A stretch of DNA of 64,000 nt from Acidimicrobiia bacterium (GTDB lineage Bacteria > Actinomycetota > Acidimicrobiia > Spongiisociales > ZC4RG35). Under the pieces are notes generated by a model, which saw only the letters and a list, made by a program, of their open reading frames with translations, was not told where the DNA came from and did no database searches. Both the position numbers and the translations under genes were made by a program. Positions within the stretch are counted from its first letter, which is position 1. Every line of letters starts with the position of its first letter. The stretch is from positions 2,208,001 to 2,272,000 of the forward strand of contig OZ244034.1 of the NCBI GenBank assembly GCA_965215185.1. The letters run 5' to 3'. Below are positions 27,789 through 38,736 of this stretch, piece by piece.

Positions 27789-28775
27789 ATGACGTCATAT
27801 CGCTCCCAACCAAGACCATCCCGCCTCAAATGGTGGCTATTGGCGATTGCCGCTGTCTTGAGCCTGGGTTGGGCATTCAACTCGCTGATCAATACCTCGC
27901 GGGCCGAAACCACACTTGCGGACCAACTGCACAGTCACACCATCACCTTGGATCGGGCCGCTCGATCCTTCGTTAGGCTGATCGAGCAGATCGACACTCC
28001 GGACCGATCCGAATTGGCATCGATCATCACTCAATCCAGAGATTCGGTTGGCGCGGTGACCGCCGCCCTGAGCGAACCCGCCGAACCGGATAGCAGCCTG
28101 GTTGTCCTGCTTCAGACTGCCCTTGACCTGTGGGACGAGGGCCTGGAGAGTTTTGAGGACGCTTTCCTGTCAGCTGTGGACGATCCCTTCAACTACGTGG
28201 TGGAGGAGCAACTCATCGCCGCGTTGGTCAGTATCCGCAGCGGCGATCGACTCTATCGGGTCTTCTTGGACAAGACAGCCACCGATCCCCGCATCCAGTC
28301 TTTCTCGGACTTCCGAACAGTTGTTTTCCTACCGCCCGAATATCCGGTGGTGGACACCGCCCAGTTCCTGACCACCTACGCCCGCTTGTCCCGTCCTTCA
28401 CTGGAGTTCAACACCGATTTAGCCATAGAACAGATCACCTCCTTCCCCGAGTGGATCTCCGACTTGGAAGGCCGCCCGGTAATCACCACCACCGACAACT
28501 TCGACCTGCTGGTGGTGGTGGCCAACCGGGGCAATGTGGAAATAACCACCGAAACCTCTTTGGAGTTGAGCATGTGGCCCCCGGGAGAGGCGATTCAAAC
28601 CCGGGTCTTGGCGATGCCGCCTCTGGCACCGGGAGACAAAACCACGCTCACCTTTTACGAATTGGCGGTGACCCCCGGCACGTCCTACCAGGTGGAGGCG
28701 CGCCTCAGTTACGTCGAAGGAGATCAAAACCCCGATAACAACAACTACGGCTTTACCTTGCAGGTCAGCGAGTGA
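27789..28775 (+). CDS. Membrane-anchored hypothetical protein with C-terminal CARDB/Ig-like domain
   Basis: N-terminal TM, VVVANRGN, LAPGDKTTLTF and GDQNPDNN. Confidence 0.65.
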   Translation: MTSYRSQPRPSRLKWWLLAIAAVLSLGWAFNSLINTSRAETTLADQLHSHTITLDRAARSFVRLIEQIDTPDRSELASIITQSRDSVGAVTAALSEPAEPDSSLVVLLQTALDLWDEGLESFEDAFLSAVDDPFNYVVEEQLIAALVSIRSGDRLYRVFLDKTATDPRIQSFSDFRTVVFLPPEYPVVDTAQFLTTYARLSRPSLEFNTDLAIEQITSFPEWISDLEGRPVITTTDNFDLLVVVANRGNVEITTETSLELSMWPPGEAIQTRVLAMPPLAPGDKTTLTFYELAVTPGTSYQVEARLSYVEGDQNPDNNNYGFTLQVSE

Positions 28776-28825
28776 AATGTAAGCCAGATAGCTGATTCTG
28801 GTTTCTCGGTAGCATCTCCTTTGCA

Positions 28826-30085
28826 ATGCTCGATGTCGCCCTGCTCCGGTCCTCTCCAGAGGTGATTCGCCAATCCATGGCCCGCCGAGGCTTGGACTTT
28901 TCCCTGCAAGATCTGTTTGATGCAGAAGCCCGGATACGGGGACTGCGTCATGAAGCCGACCAATGTCGAGCCTCCCAACGCTCACTGGGAAGGCAGATAG
29001 CGGAGTTGACGGGCGATGAGAAACGGCAGGCCATCCAACGGGCCGCTTTTCTGTCCGGCCGCATAAAGGAGATGAACTCCCAAGCCGGGACCCTCTCGGA
29101 CCGGTTCCTTCAGGAGTGGCACACCCTTCCCAATCTGGTCGATCCCACCGCGGGCGAGGGCCTCACCGAAGGGGACTCGCAGGAAGTGAAGCGGGTCGGT
29201 GAAATCCCAACTTTTGGTTTTGAACCCGCCGATCACGAAGCCCTGGGCGAGAGCCTGGATGTTATCGACACCAAGCGAGCCGCCAAGATGGCGGGATCCC
29301 GGTTCGGATACCTGAAGGGCAAGGGGGCGTTGCTGGAGTTCGGGCTGATCAAGTGGTCGATGGACCACCTAGTCGAAGCCGGCCTGGTTCCCATGGTCAC
29401 CCCGGTGCTTGTCCGGGAGATGGCGCTGTTCGGCACCGGGTTCTTTCCCGGAGATCGCCAACAGGTCTACGAAATCCCCGCCGACGAGTTATTCCTCGCC
29501 GCCACATCGGAGATCAGCCTGGCTGCCTATCACGCCGACGAGATACTATGTCCGGACGAGCTTCCCATCCGCTACGCCGGCTTCTCCACTTGTTTCCGTC
29601 GGGAAGCCGGAACACACGGCAAGGACACCGGAGGCATTTTCAGGGTGCACCAGTTTGACAAGGTGGAGATGTTCTCCTTCACCCGACCGGAGGAATCCGC
29701 CGATGAGCATGAGCGGATCTTGGGCCTGGAAGAAAAGCTGGTCAGGGAATTGGAGATTCCCTATCGGGTGGTCAATGTCGCCGCCGGCGACTTGGGCTCC
29801 TCCGCTGCCAAAAAGTACGACATCGAAGCCTGGTTCCCCTCCTGGAACGCCTACCGGGAGATAACTTCCTGCTCAAACACCACCGACTACCAGGCCAGAC
29901 GACTCAAGATCCGCATGAAAGCACCCGAAGGCAACCGATTGGTCCACACCCTGAACGGAACGGCGGTGGCAGTGGGAAGGGTGATCATCGCCCTGTTGGA
30001 GAACCATCAGCAGAGCGACGGATCGGTGGTGATGCCCAAAGCGCTCCGGCCCTATCTGGGCTTTGATCGAATCGACCCGCCGTAG
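28826..30085 (+). CDS. serS: Serine--tRNA ligase
   Basis: LAATSE, CFRREAG, GIFRVHQFDKVE, EITSCSNTTDYQARR and HTLNGT. Confidence 0.97.
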   Translation: MLDVALLRSSPEVIRQSMARRGLDFSLQDLFDAEARIRGLRHEADQCRASQRSLGRQIAELTGDEKRQAIQRAAFLSGRIKEMNSQAGTLSDRFLQEWHTLPNLVDPTAGEGLTEGDSQEVKRVGEIPTFGFEPADHEALGESLDVIDTKRAAKMAGSRFGYLKGKGALLEFGLIKWSMDHLVEAGLVPMVTPVLVREMALFGTGFFPGDRQQVYEIPADELFLAATSEISLAAYHADEILCPDELPIRYAGFSTCFRREAGTHGKDTGGIFRVHQFDKVEMFSFTRPEESADEHERILGLEEKLVRELEIPYRVVNVAAGDLGSSAAKKYDIEAWFPSWNAYREITSCSNTTDYQARRLKIRMKAPEGNRLVHTLNGTAVAVGRVIIALLENHQQSDGSVVMPKALRPYLGFDRIDPP

Positions 30086-30099
30086 AGGACAATCCTGGC

Positions 30100-30738
30100 G
30101 TGGCAGCATCTTCTCCCGACCACATTTTCTCGCGCATCTCCGGAAGGTACGACCGACTCAACCGGATCCTATCCCTGGGTCAGGACCGGACTTGGAGAAA
30201 ACGGGGTATCGCCCATCTTCCCGATGGCCTCATACTGGATCTGGGAGCAGGGACCGGCGCGGCCATGCCGCTGTTCGGCGAAGCTCAACAGGTGATGGCG
30301 CTTGATCCGGTTTGGCCGATGCTGGCCATCAACCCCGCACCGCTGCGGGTAGTGGGAAAAGGCGAGCACCTCCCTTTTGCAGACAATACCTTTGACGGAA
30401 TATGGTCTGCCTTTGTGTTCCGCAATCTCCGGTCGGTGGAGAAAACCCTGGCCGAGACCGCCCGGGTGCTTCGCCCGGGAGGCGTGATGGTGGTGGTGGA
30501 CGCGGGACGGCCCGTTGGCCGCTTGGCGACCGCGTTGCACCGGGTGGGAACCGCCATAGTAACCCCGCTGGTGGGCATCCTGGCCGGCGCGGTCCGCGAA
30601 TACTGGTATCTGCATCGCTCTTTGGACAAGTTGCCTCCTCCTGAAGAGCTGTTTCAAGACCGGGCGCTCGGTATCGAGAAGCTGTTGAGAATGGGAACCT
30701 GGGGATTCGTCTATGGAGTGGTGCTCACCAAGCCATAG
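30100..30738 (+). CDS. UbiE/MenG-family SAM-dependent methyltransferase
   Basis: FSRISGRYDRLNRILSLGQD..WR, LDLGAGTG, LPFADNTFD and RVLRPGG. Confidence 0.85.
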   Translation: MAASSPDHIFSRISGRYDRLNRILSLGQDRTWRKRGIAHLPDGLILDLGAGTGAAMPLFGEAQQVMALDPVWPMLAINPAPLRVVGKGEHLPFADNTFDGIWSAFVFRNLRSVEKTLAETARVLRPGGVMVVVDAGRPVGRLATALHRVGTAIVTPLVGILAGAVREYWYLHRSLDKLPPPEELFQDRALGIEKLLRMGTWGFVYGVVLTKP

Positions 30739-30775
30739 CCGTGCGGCGGAAAAATCCGCCGTCGTCCCGCTTAAA

Positions 30776-31044
30776 GCGTGCACCCCGCCTTCGAACTCGA
30801 CACACCGGTCGGTAGACAAACCGCCTGCTCAGACTAGGCACCCCCGTGGCACCAGGACAACCCGCTTAGGGCTGCTTCCTTCCGGATCTGACCCGGTTCA
30901 CGACCACCCCGACTCACGGGACCCAGCCGTCATCACCGCGCATTTTGCCTCCTACCGGAGCTCGGTCGTCCTCAGGCGGGGAGTTCGGCCCCGCATGTAG
31001 AGGATTTCAGGTTCAGGGAACCCCTAACGCCCCGCTTAGCACGC
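30776..31044 (-). ncRNA. ffs: SRP RNA, large (Alu-domain-containing) bacterial type
   Basis: Minus-strand GGTCAGATCCGGAAGGAAGCAGC helix-8 motif (30871-30893), 5' GCGTGCTAAGCGGGG.. Alu-like region, and 5'/3' GCGTGC/GCACGC pairing. Directly downstream of tadA. Confidence 0.85.
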
Positions 31045-31070
31045 ATCCCGACCTTAGCAAACCCGAAAGG

Positions 31071-31553
31071 CTATCTCAACCCGTTATCGCCGCCCCTTTT
31101 GCTGCTGAAAAACGCCCTGAGCAACTCGGCGCTCTGGCCAGCGCCCACCCCCGCAATTATCTCACACTGATGATTGAGACGCCGATCGCCGGGAATGTTG
31201 TAGAGACTCAACACCGCGCCGGCTTTGGGATCGGCGGCACCGTAGACGATCCGCTCAATCCGACCGGAAACCGCCGCTCCCGCACACATCGAACAAGGCT
31301 CCAGGGTCACATACAGGGTGTGGCGCAGCAAACGCCACGATCCCAGCCGGCGGGCGGCTTCGGCCAACACCAGAACCTCGGCATGAGCGGTGGGATCCCC
31401 CCGCTCCTCCCGACGGTTGTGGTCGGCAGCCACCACCCGTCCGGCGGAGTCGACAACGACCGCCCCCACCGGCACATCGCCATGCGCCGACGCATGGGCC
31501 GCCTCGCGAAGGGCCAGTTCCATGAATCGATGGTGGTCTGCAGCGTCGAGCAT
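31071..31553 (-). CDS. tadA: tRNA adenosine(34) deaminase
   Basis: VPVGAV, DPTAHAE, LYVTLEPCSMCAGA and LNH. Confidence 0.95.
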   Translation of the reverse strand: MLDAADHHRFMELALREAAHASAHGDVPVGAVVVDSAGRVVAADHNRREERGDPTAHAEVLVLAEAARRLGSWRLLRHTLYVTLEPCSMCAGAAVSGRIERIVYGAADPKAGAVLSLYNIPGDRRLNHQCEIIAGVGAGQSAELLRAFFSSKRGGDNGLR

Positions 31554-31636
31554 GTTCCTTGTGTTTCTCCGTTGAGCGGTTTGCTAAAGTCTGAGCGAAC
31601 CAGCGTTTCTTAACTTATCCAATTATTGTGGATATT

Positions 31637-31725
31637 GGAGGGATCGCATAGTCTGGTCTAGTGCGCGGCACTGGAAATGCCGTTGGGGGTTACCCCCCTC
31701 GTGGGTTCAAATCCCACTCCCTCCG
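31637..31725 (+). tRNA. tRNA-Ser(GGA)
   Basis: GGAGGGA/TCCCTCC stem, CGGCA-CTGGAAA-TGCCG and long variable arm. CCA not encoded. Confidence 0.95.
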
Positions 31726-31767
31726 CCCGCGTCGGGAGACGTTTTCGTCGCCCAGCGCAACCCAAAA

Positions 31768-31860
<93 letters not shown>

Positions 31861-31870
31861 AGGACATAGC

Positions 31871-31933
31871 GACACCGCTTTCGACGCGGCGGCCTGCATC
31901 GGTTGCGGCGCCTGCGTGGCGGTCTGCCCCAAC
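31871..31933 (+). pseudogene. 21-codon fragment of SdhB/FrdB Fe-S subunit
   Basis: Translates to DTAFDAAACIGCGACVAVCPN. Confidence 0.6.
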
Positions 31934-32010
31934 GACGGAGAGCGAGAAGCAGCCTATCCACAACGGCCCAATTCTCTACACGCCGCTGGAAACAGCCGGG
32001 TACCCTCGAG

Positions 32011-33760
32011 CTACGAACGGTCCACCTTCACCGTGACTATGTCTGCGGCATGGTATTTCTGGTGCCGAACCTGCGAGGCGTAATGTCGCAGAAGACGAAA
32101 GGAGATCTCTCGCTCGTCCCATGCTTCAATCTCTTCGCCCAAGTAGGCAAGCCGGTCTTCCAGGTTCTCCTCATCTAGGACCGTCATGAACTCCATTTCG
32201 ATGACATTGGCTTCGGGGTAGGCAAGAAGGATCAACATCGGCGTTCGTTCTCCCTGGGGCAGATTGGCTGGTTGCAACAGACTGGACAGCGTTTCTTCCC
32301 CCGCTGAACGCAATCGCTGGGTGGATGGACCGTCCCAGCCTTTGTCTGCGGCCACCTCCTGAAGGAAACCATCGATCAGAGGAAAAGCCGAAGTATCCAT
32401 GACTGCCTGCATCCGCTTGGGCCGGGCACGGGTCACTTTCATGAACACCGACAGGCCTATCGCAGTGACAGTGCCCAGAGTAAGGCCATCTCCCAGCAAC
32501 AGGTCCCAGGGCTTTTGCAGGAGCCCTTCTAGGACGTTGTGCTGCAGCATTCCAACTCCCACCGCATAGGCCACGCCGACTATCACGATGTTCTGCGAAT
32601 TGAGACCGGCCTGAGAGACGGTACGCAGACCTTCCATGAAGAGGGTGCCGATCATGAACAACAACACCGCTCCCATAACCGGACTGGGTATGGCCACGAG
32701 AACGGCCGTCGCCTTGGTAAGCAAAGCCAACGCAACCAGGATCGCTCCCATCGCATACCCGACTCGGCGGGCCGCCACTCCCGTGATGTGCACGAGCGAC
32801 ACCGTGGGTGACGTATAGGCGGTGGTGGGAGGAGTCCCGGCGATGCCCGACAGCAGCATCCCCACCCCGTTGGCGTAGATCGCCCCCTGGATCGAACGGA
32901 AATCGATCGCCTTTCGTCTCCGGTAAGACACCTGCTGGACCGCCATGTTGCCGCCGATAGTCTTGATGGCCTGCACGAGGGTCACTATCAGAAACATCGG
33001 CAACAGTGCCCCTGCGCCGGGGCTCAGGGTGAAATCCACTCCAGGAAACCCACTCTCGGGGACACCGAACCAGGGCGCCGAAAGCACCCTTTCATAGTCG
33101 TAGAGTCCGAAGGGAACAGCCACCGCGCAACCGGATCCGACCCCGATCAGCAGTGACCACAACCGCCACGTCCCGGTGGCGCGGAGGAACCAGACCGTGA
33201 TTGCCGCCAGTGTCACTGCCGCCACAACCAGTCCGCTGGCTTTGTTTGCGTCCTCGGGCACTTCGGAGAGGCGATCTATCGAGAATGGGAGAACCATGGT
33301 GGCGATCAGCATCAGTACCGTGCCGGAAACAACCGGGGTGATGACTTTGCGTAAAAAGGGCAGCCACGTCGCCACCACGAGATAGAAGACCGAGGACAGA
33401 ATGATGAGGCTGGCCAATACCGTCGGCCCTCCCACCTCCAACGCCAGGACTGAGACTGCAATGTAGCTGGGAGTCACACCTGTGATCAGGATGTGCCCTC
33501 CACCCAGGCGGCGCAACCTGGCCGCCTGCAAACCACAAACCATTCCGCATATGATCAGCACCGCGAAGACAGACCACTCCAGAGTGTCTTCGTCCTGACC
33601 GGCCGCCAGGACCGTGATGGCCGTTATCAAAACTTGACCGGCCGCCAGGACCGAGTGAGCCGATTGTCGCCAGCACGGTTATCACACCTTGCATCCCCAC
33701 CCCGGCGGCCAGCCACGGAGGGCACCTCTCGTCCGGCTCGTACCTGATTTGTTCGTTCAC
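32011..33760 (-). pseudogene. Xanthine/uracil (NCS2) permease with C-terminal cytoplasmic domain, frameshifted
   Basis: YEPDERCP start, ITPVVSGTV and GTPP.TAY. A 28-nt insertion at 33634-33661 shifts the frame. Confidence 0.8.
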
Positions 33761-34189
33761 TCCGGAGGACAACGATCACCGCCTTCGAGTCTCAGCGCCC
33801 CATTGGTATTAGTAATCACAAAACCTCCCAGTGCCGGAGCAGAGGTAACCAAAGATACTCCCTGGTCACAGAGGGTCAACGGGAGATCGTCCTGCCGCGT
33901 GTCAATCCAGCCTGGTGGCTTCGGGACTCGCTTCATAAGCCACGGCGGCAGCCAAATCGCTGCTCCTTCGGGATGTTTTCCAGTTTTCCAGCCGCCATGT
34001 GGCTTTTGATAGACGCGGGCGTCTCAATGTGCCGGTTAGCTCCCCCCGTAGCATGTCCGGCGGCGCCTGGAACCGGGAAAAGCCGGTACGAAGACCCATT
34101 CCCCAAGCTTTGGCCCACTCAACCCGATTACCCGCACCGGATTGACCTGACGGGCGCGCCCGGGGAACGGAACAGAATCAGATCGGGGC

Positions 34190-36517
34190 TTAGAGAGGGA
34201 ATATGACCGGTACGAGCGCTACCACAATGCCTAGGACGATAAAGGTCAGGGGGGTGCCCACCCGTGCGTAGTCCATCGAGCGGTAACCTCCCGCGCCCAT
34301 GACCAGGAGGTTGGCCTTGTGGCTGAAGGGGGTCATGAATGCTGCGGATGCCGCCAAGCTCACACCCATCATGACTGCGTAAGGGTTCATGCCCAGTTGA
34401 GCGGCCGTTTCCAGTGCGACCGGCGCCATTAGGACGACCGAGGGAGCTCCGTCGAGAGCTTGACTGAGGAGGCTGGCCAGCAGGACCAGGGCGATGAGGA
34501 TGGCGTAGTTTCCCAGCGGTCCGAGAATGTTTATGACCTGGTCCACCATCAGTTTGGCGGCGCCGGTGCTCTCCATGGCAAAACCCACCGGTAGGACGGC
34601 CGCTACCAGGAAGATTGTCCGCCATTCAATAGCCCGGTAGGCCTCCTCCATAGTAACCGTGCGGAACAGAAGAACCAGGCTGGCGGAGATGAAGGCTGCC
34701 ACATGGATGGGCTGGATCCCGAACACCACCAGACCGACCATCAGCAGGAGGGCGCCCAGGGCAAACGGCGCCTTGTTGTGTCGTCGCGGACGGAGGCCTT
34801 CGGGAGAAAGAACCACAAAGTCGGGATTGGTGCCCAGGAGGCGGATCCGTTCCCAGGGACCTTGGACCAGCAGCGCATCACCCAACTGGAAGCGCAGCGA
34901 GGTCAAACCGGTGCAAATCGGTCGTCCGTCTCGCCAGACGGCCAGCAACTGCAGACCGTAGCGACTCCGAAACTCCAAGTCGTGCACCGTCTTCCGTACC
35001 GCAGCAGATCGAGGCGCCAGCGCCACCTCGACTATGCCGAACTCCTCGGACTCGAGGTCCGCCGCGTCCACCTGAGAATGCACCTCGATATCCCCGATGC
35101 CCACCAGATGCTCAACCCGGGACGTGTCACAAGCAACCAGCAGGCCATCGCCTGCTTCAATCACATCATCGGGAGACGCCACCATACGGATGACGTCATC
35201 GTGGACGATGGCGCCGATGGTTAATCCAACCAGTTCCCCCAGGCGACTCTCCCTTATCGTCGAACCGGCCAGAGATGATCCTGAGGGAACCCTCATAACC
35301 GAGAGGTGATCTTCCAGAGACTTCAAGGCGGATAGTCCCAGGTTTTTGACGCGGAAATCACGGTTGTCCTGCATCCTGTGCAGTTCAGTGCGGGTGCCCA
35401 GGCCGATCAACTTGTCTCCGGGCTGTAGGGCCTCCGACGCCAGTCCTCCCCGGATGGTCTCCCTGCCTCGCTCGATCCCGACCACCACGACGTGGTAACG
35501 CTGACGGAAACCTACTTCTTTCAGGCTTTTCCCCACCAGCCCCGAGGTTTCAGGGATTTCGGCCCTGATCGCCGTGAACCCCCTGACCCGTGGGATTTGG
35601 CGGGTGGTGGTTGGTCTCAGCTCCACACCACCCACACGCAAGATGTCCTCCAGATCGGGCAGGCGCCCTTCCACAAGCAATACATCCCCGCCTTTCAGGA
35701 GGGTCTCCGCTTGCGGAACGAAGTTCTTGGCCCCGGTCCGGTGAATCGAAACCACCTGAATGTCTAGGGCCTCTGACAGATTCGCCTCGGCCAGGGTCAC
35801 GTTGTCGAGAGGAGACATCTTCGGGATAGTGATCGTGAAAAGCCGGTCCTCCAAGTGGTAGATGTGGGTCAGATCGGCGGAATCGGCCACGCCAGGGCCG
35901 GTCAGACGATCGGGCAGGAGTTTTCTTCCCAGCGAGATCATGAACAGGACTCCCCCGGCCAACAGCAGCGCACCGATCGGAGTGAAGTCGAAGAGACCGA
36001 ATGGCTCCAGGCCTCGTTCGGCGAGAATCTGGGCTGCCACGATGTTGGGCGGGGTTCCGATCATGGTGGTGGTTCCGCCCAGGATCGATCCGAAAGCCAG
36101 TGGCATCATCAGACGGGACGCTGACAACCCGGCCCGCCGGGCGATTGCCGCCACGGCCGGCATCAGCACCGCAGTGGCGGCGATGTTGTTCATGAACGCC
36201 GACAGAATCCCTGACACCAGCATCAATGTGATGACCAGCGGTATCTCCTTGCTGCCGACCAGCCTGTAGATATTCGAAGCCACTATGTCGGCCATACCGG
36301 TGTACAGCAGCGATGCGCTGATGATGAAGATCGACAGCATGGTGATCACCGCCGGCGAGGCAAACCCGGTGAAGGCCTCCGTCGGTCCTACGTACCCCCC
36401 CAGGATCAGCACCACCAGTCCCAGAAACGCCGTAAGGTCCACAGGTAGCTTGGCTGTCAGGAACAGGTAGGCCATCCCAACCAGCAGCAAGATCAGGAAC
36501 GCAATCTGCCAGGTCAT
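34190..36517 (-). CDS. SLC13/DASS-family permease with multiple TrkA-C domains
   Basis: SAFMNNIAA, LGGTTTMIGTPPN and FMTPFSHKAN...GGYRSMD, with about four TrkA-C repeats. Confidence 0.9.
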   Translation of the reverse strand: MTWQIAFLILLLVGMAYLFLTAKLPVDLTAFLGLVVLILGGYVGPTEAFTGFASPAVITMLSIFIISASLLYTGMADIVASNIYRLVGSKEIPLVITLMLVSGILSAFMNNIAATAVLMPAVAAIARRAGLSASRLMMPLAFGSILGGTTTMIGTPPNIVAAQILAERGLEPFGLFDFTPIGALLLAGGVLFMISLGRKLLPDRLTGPGVADSADLTHIYHLEDRLFTITIPKMSPLDNVTLAEANLSEALDIQVVSIHRTGAKNFVPQAETLLKGGDVLLVEGRLPDLEDILRVGGVELRPTTTRQIPRVRGFTAIRAEIPETSGLVGKSLKEVGFRQRYHVVVVGIERGRETIRGGLASEALQPGDKLIGLGTRTELHRMQDNRDFRVKNLGLSALKSLEDHLSVMRVPSGSSLAGSTIRESRLGELVGLTIGAIVHDDVIRMVASPDDVIEAGDGLLVACDTSRVEHLVGIGDIEVHSQVDAADLESEEFGIVEVALAPRSAAVRKTVHDLEFRSRYGLQLLAVWRDGRPICTGLTSLRFQLGDALLVQGPWERIRLLGTNPDFVVLSPEGLRPRRHNKAPFALGALLLMVGLVVFGIQPIHVAAFISASLVLLFRTVTMEEAYRAIEWRTIFLVAAVLPVGFAMESTGAAKLMVDQVINILGPLGNYAILIALVLLASLLSQALDGAPSVVLMAPVALETAAQLGMNPYAVMMGVSLAASAAFMTPFSHKANLLVMGAGGYRSMDYARVGTPLTFIVLGIVVALVPVIFPL

Positions 36518-36624
36518 TGGGCGACTCGCTCGACCGGCATCATCGGGGTGCCGGCGCGGCAGCGGGCCGGAGGTGCGGCATCATCCCGGCTTCAGTAGCT
36601 GGCCACCTTGGGTCATCCGTGCGA

Positions 36625-38391
36625 TCAGAACGCCCAAAAGCGGGGGATGAAGATTACAGACAGTATCCAGAACAGGATACTGAGAGGCACGCCAGTGCGA
36701 AGGAAGTCCGTGTACTTGTAGCCGCCCGGGTTGTAAATCATCGTGTTGGTCTGGTATCCGACCGGCGTGGAGAATCCGGTCGAGGCGGCAAAGCTGATAG
36801 CCATCAGGAACGGCCTGGGATCGACCCCGATCTGCTCCGCGGTGGAGATCGCGATCGGTGCCAGCAGCACGGCCGCGGCGGCGTTGCTCATGGTGTCGGT
36901 CAGGATTGACGTCATCAAATAGATAACCGCCAGCACGGCGACCGGTCCCATGTCACCGACCATCCCCACCGCCCGCTCGGCGATGAAACCGGCGGCGCCG
37001 CTTTTCTGCATGGCGGCACCGAGGGGAAGGATCCCGGCGAGCAGAAAGATGACCTGCCAGTTGATGGCGTGGTAGGCCTCTTCCAGTCGAAGCACCCGAG
37101 TCACCAGCAATGTGACGCAACCGAGCACCGCGGTGACAAGGATCGGGAAGACGTTGAACGCGGCCAGACCCACCACCGCCAGGAGGATGCCGAGGACGAG
37201 TGGCACTCTATGCCGGAGAACGGTGCCCGGCACTTCGTTGAGGACGATGAAGTCCGTGTTGCGACGCAGGGTGGTTATCTCTTCTTCGTGCGCTTGAATC
37301 AGCAGGCCATCCCCCAGGTTGAGCACGATCGCACTGAGCTTGTCGTCGATCGGATGACCTCTTCGTTGCATAGCCAGCACCAGCGCCTTGTAACGGTTTT
37401 GGAAGTCCAGCTCTTTGAGGGTGTGGCCGATGAGATGAGAATGGGGTGCGACCACGGCCTGAACAAATCGCAAATCCTCGGTCTGCAGGCTCTCATCGCG
37501 GAGTTTGACGTCAACGTTCATCTCCAGCCTCATGGAGCCCCGGATACGCATGAGCGCGGCTATCGGACCGCGCAGGAGCAGCACGTCGTTGACTTGGACA
37601 ACCTGATCCATTGGCGCCAACCCGGTGCCGTCGGTGTGCATCACCCCCAGGACCGTGATGTCGGGTACCTCTCCAAGATCGCCTTCGAGCAAAGATTTGC
37701 CGACTAATGGTGAGTTGCGACGGACCCTCATCTCTGAGGTGTAAGGGCCGAGGTGATATAGCGCACCAAACTCCCCGACCTGGCGGTCGGGAAGCAACCA
37801 TCGTCCGAACACCAGGAAGAAAGTGACCCCGGCCCCAAAGAGAATCAGCCCCATCCGACTGAATTCGAACAGGCTGAATGCGCCGTAGCCAGCCTGTTCC
37901 GAGATCGAACTGACCAGGAGGTTTGTAGATGTGCCGATGAGGGTGCACACCCCACCGAACTGGGAGGCGTAAGAGAGGGGAATCAGCAGCTTGGACGCCG
38001 ATATCCTGCGCCGGGCGGCGAGGATCGTCACCAAGGGGATGAACACGGCGACCGCGGCTGTGTTGTTCACGAAGGCCGACATGACGGTGACCGTCCCCAT
38101 GATGACCACCAACACCGTGTAGTAGTTGCGACCGAACCGCACCATCAGACGTCCCACCGCCGCCGTCGCTCCCGTCTTTTGCAATCCGGCACTGAGGATG
38201 AACATCGCCGCAACCGTCACCGTAGCCGGATTGCTGAATCCGGCTAACCCCTCCTGGGGGGTGACCAGACCGAAAACCAGCAGCACCCCCAGCCCGATCA
38301 TGGCTACCAGATCAAGCGGGTACTTCTCAGAGATGAACAGGATGATGGTCCCAACCATGATGCCCAGCACCAGGATGGCTTCAATGGTCAT
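36625..38391 (-). CDS. SLC13/DASS-family permease with two TrkA-C domains
   Basis: SAFVNNTAAV, GGVCTLIGTSTN and TPVGYQTN...PGGYKYTDF. Confidence 0.9.
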   Translation of the reverse strand: MTIEAILVLGIMVGTIILFISEKYPLDLVAMIGLGVLLVFGLVTPQEGLAGFSNPATVTVAAMFILSAGLQKTGATAAVGRLMVRFGRNYYTVLVVIMGTVTVMSAFVNNTAAVAVFIPLVTILAARRRISASKLLIPLSYASQFGGVCTLIGTSTNLLVSSISEQAGYGAFSLFEFSRMGLILFGAGVTFFLVFGRWLLPDRQVGEFGALYHLGPYTSEMRVRRNSPLVGKSLLEGDLGEVPDITVLGVMHTDGTGLAPMDQVVQVNDVLLLRGPIAALMRIRGSMRLEMNVDVKLRDESLQTEDLRFVQAVVAPHSHLIGHTLKELDFQNRYKALVLAMQRRGHPIDDKLSAIVLNLGDGLLIQAHEEEITTLRRNTDFIVLNEVPGTVLRHRVPLVLGILLAVVGLAAFNVFPILVTAVLGCVTLLVTRVLRLEEAYHAINWQVIFLLAGILPLGAAMQKSGAAGFIAERAVGMVGDMGPVAVLAVIYLMTSILTDTMSNAAAAVLLAPIAISTAEQIGVDPRPFLMAISFAASTGFSTPVGYQTNTMIYNPGGYKYTDFLRTGVPLSILFWILSVIFIPRFWAF

Positions 38392-38614
38392 CTTTGGCCT
38401 CCCATCGGAACTCGCTTCTCTCCGCTGAATGGAGAATACTCCAAGTCCGGGAAGACAACCCGGCCATACAGGGCAGTTTCTCGGGACGTCAGCCACCTTT
38501 GGGCAATCTCAGTCTTTGTAAGTGATCCCTAGCCGCGCGGTTGGATTTGCTCCGCTAACCCCGTGCCAGGGCTTTCTCAAATCCGATTAGGCTTAACCTT
38601 TGTCACAAGGCCCT

Positions 38615-38689
38615 GCGCCCGTAGCTCAATTTGGACAGAGCGTCTGACTACGGATCAGAAGGTTGGGGGTTCGAGTCCCTCCGGGCGTG
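38615..38689 (+). tRNA. tRNA-Arg(ACG)
   Basis: GCGCCCG/CGGGCGT stem, TCTGA-CTACGGA-TCAGA and GGTTCGAGTCC. Confidence 0.96.
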
Positions 38690-38736
38690 CCGACTAGACG
38701 TTATTCCCCAGCGCGACCAGGTTCAAGGAGCAACAC

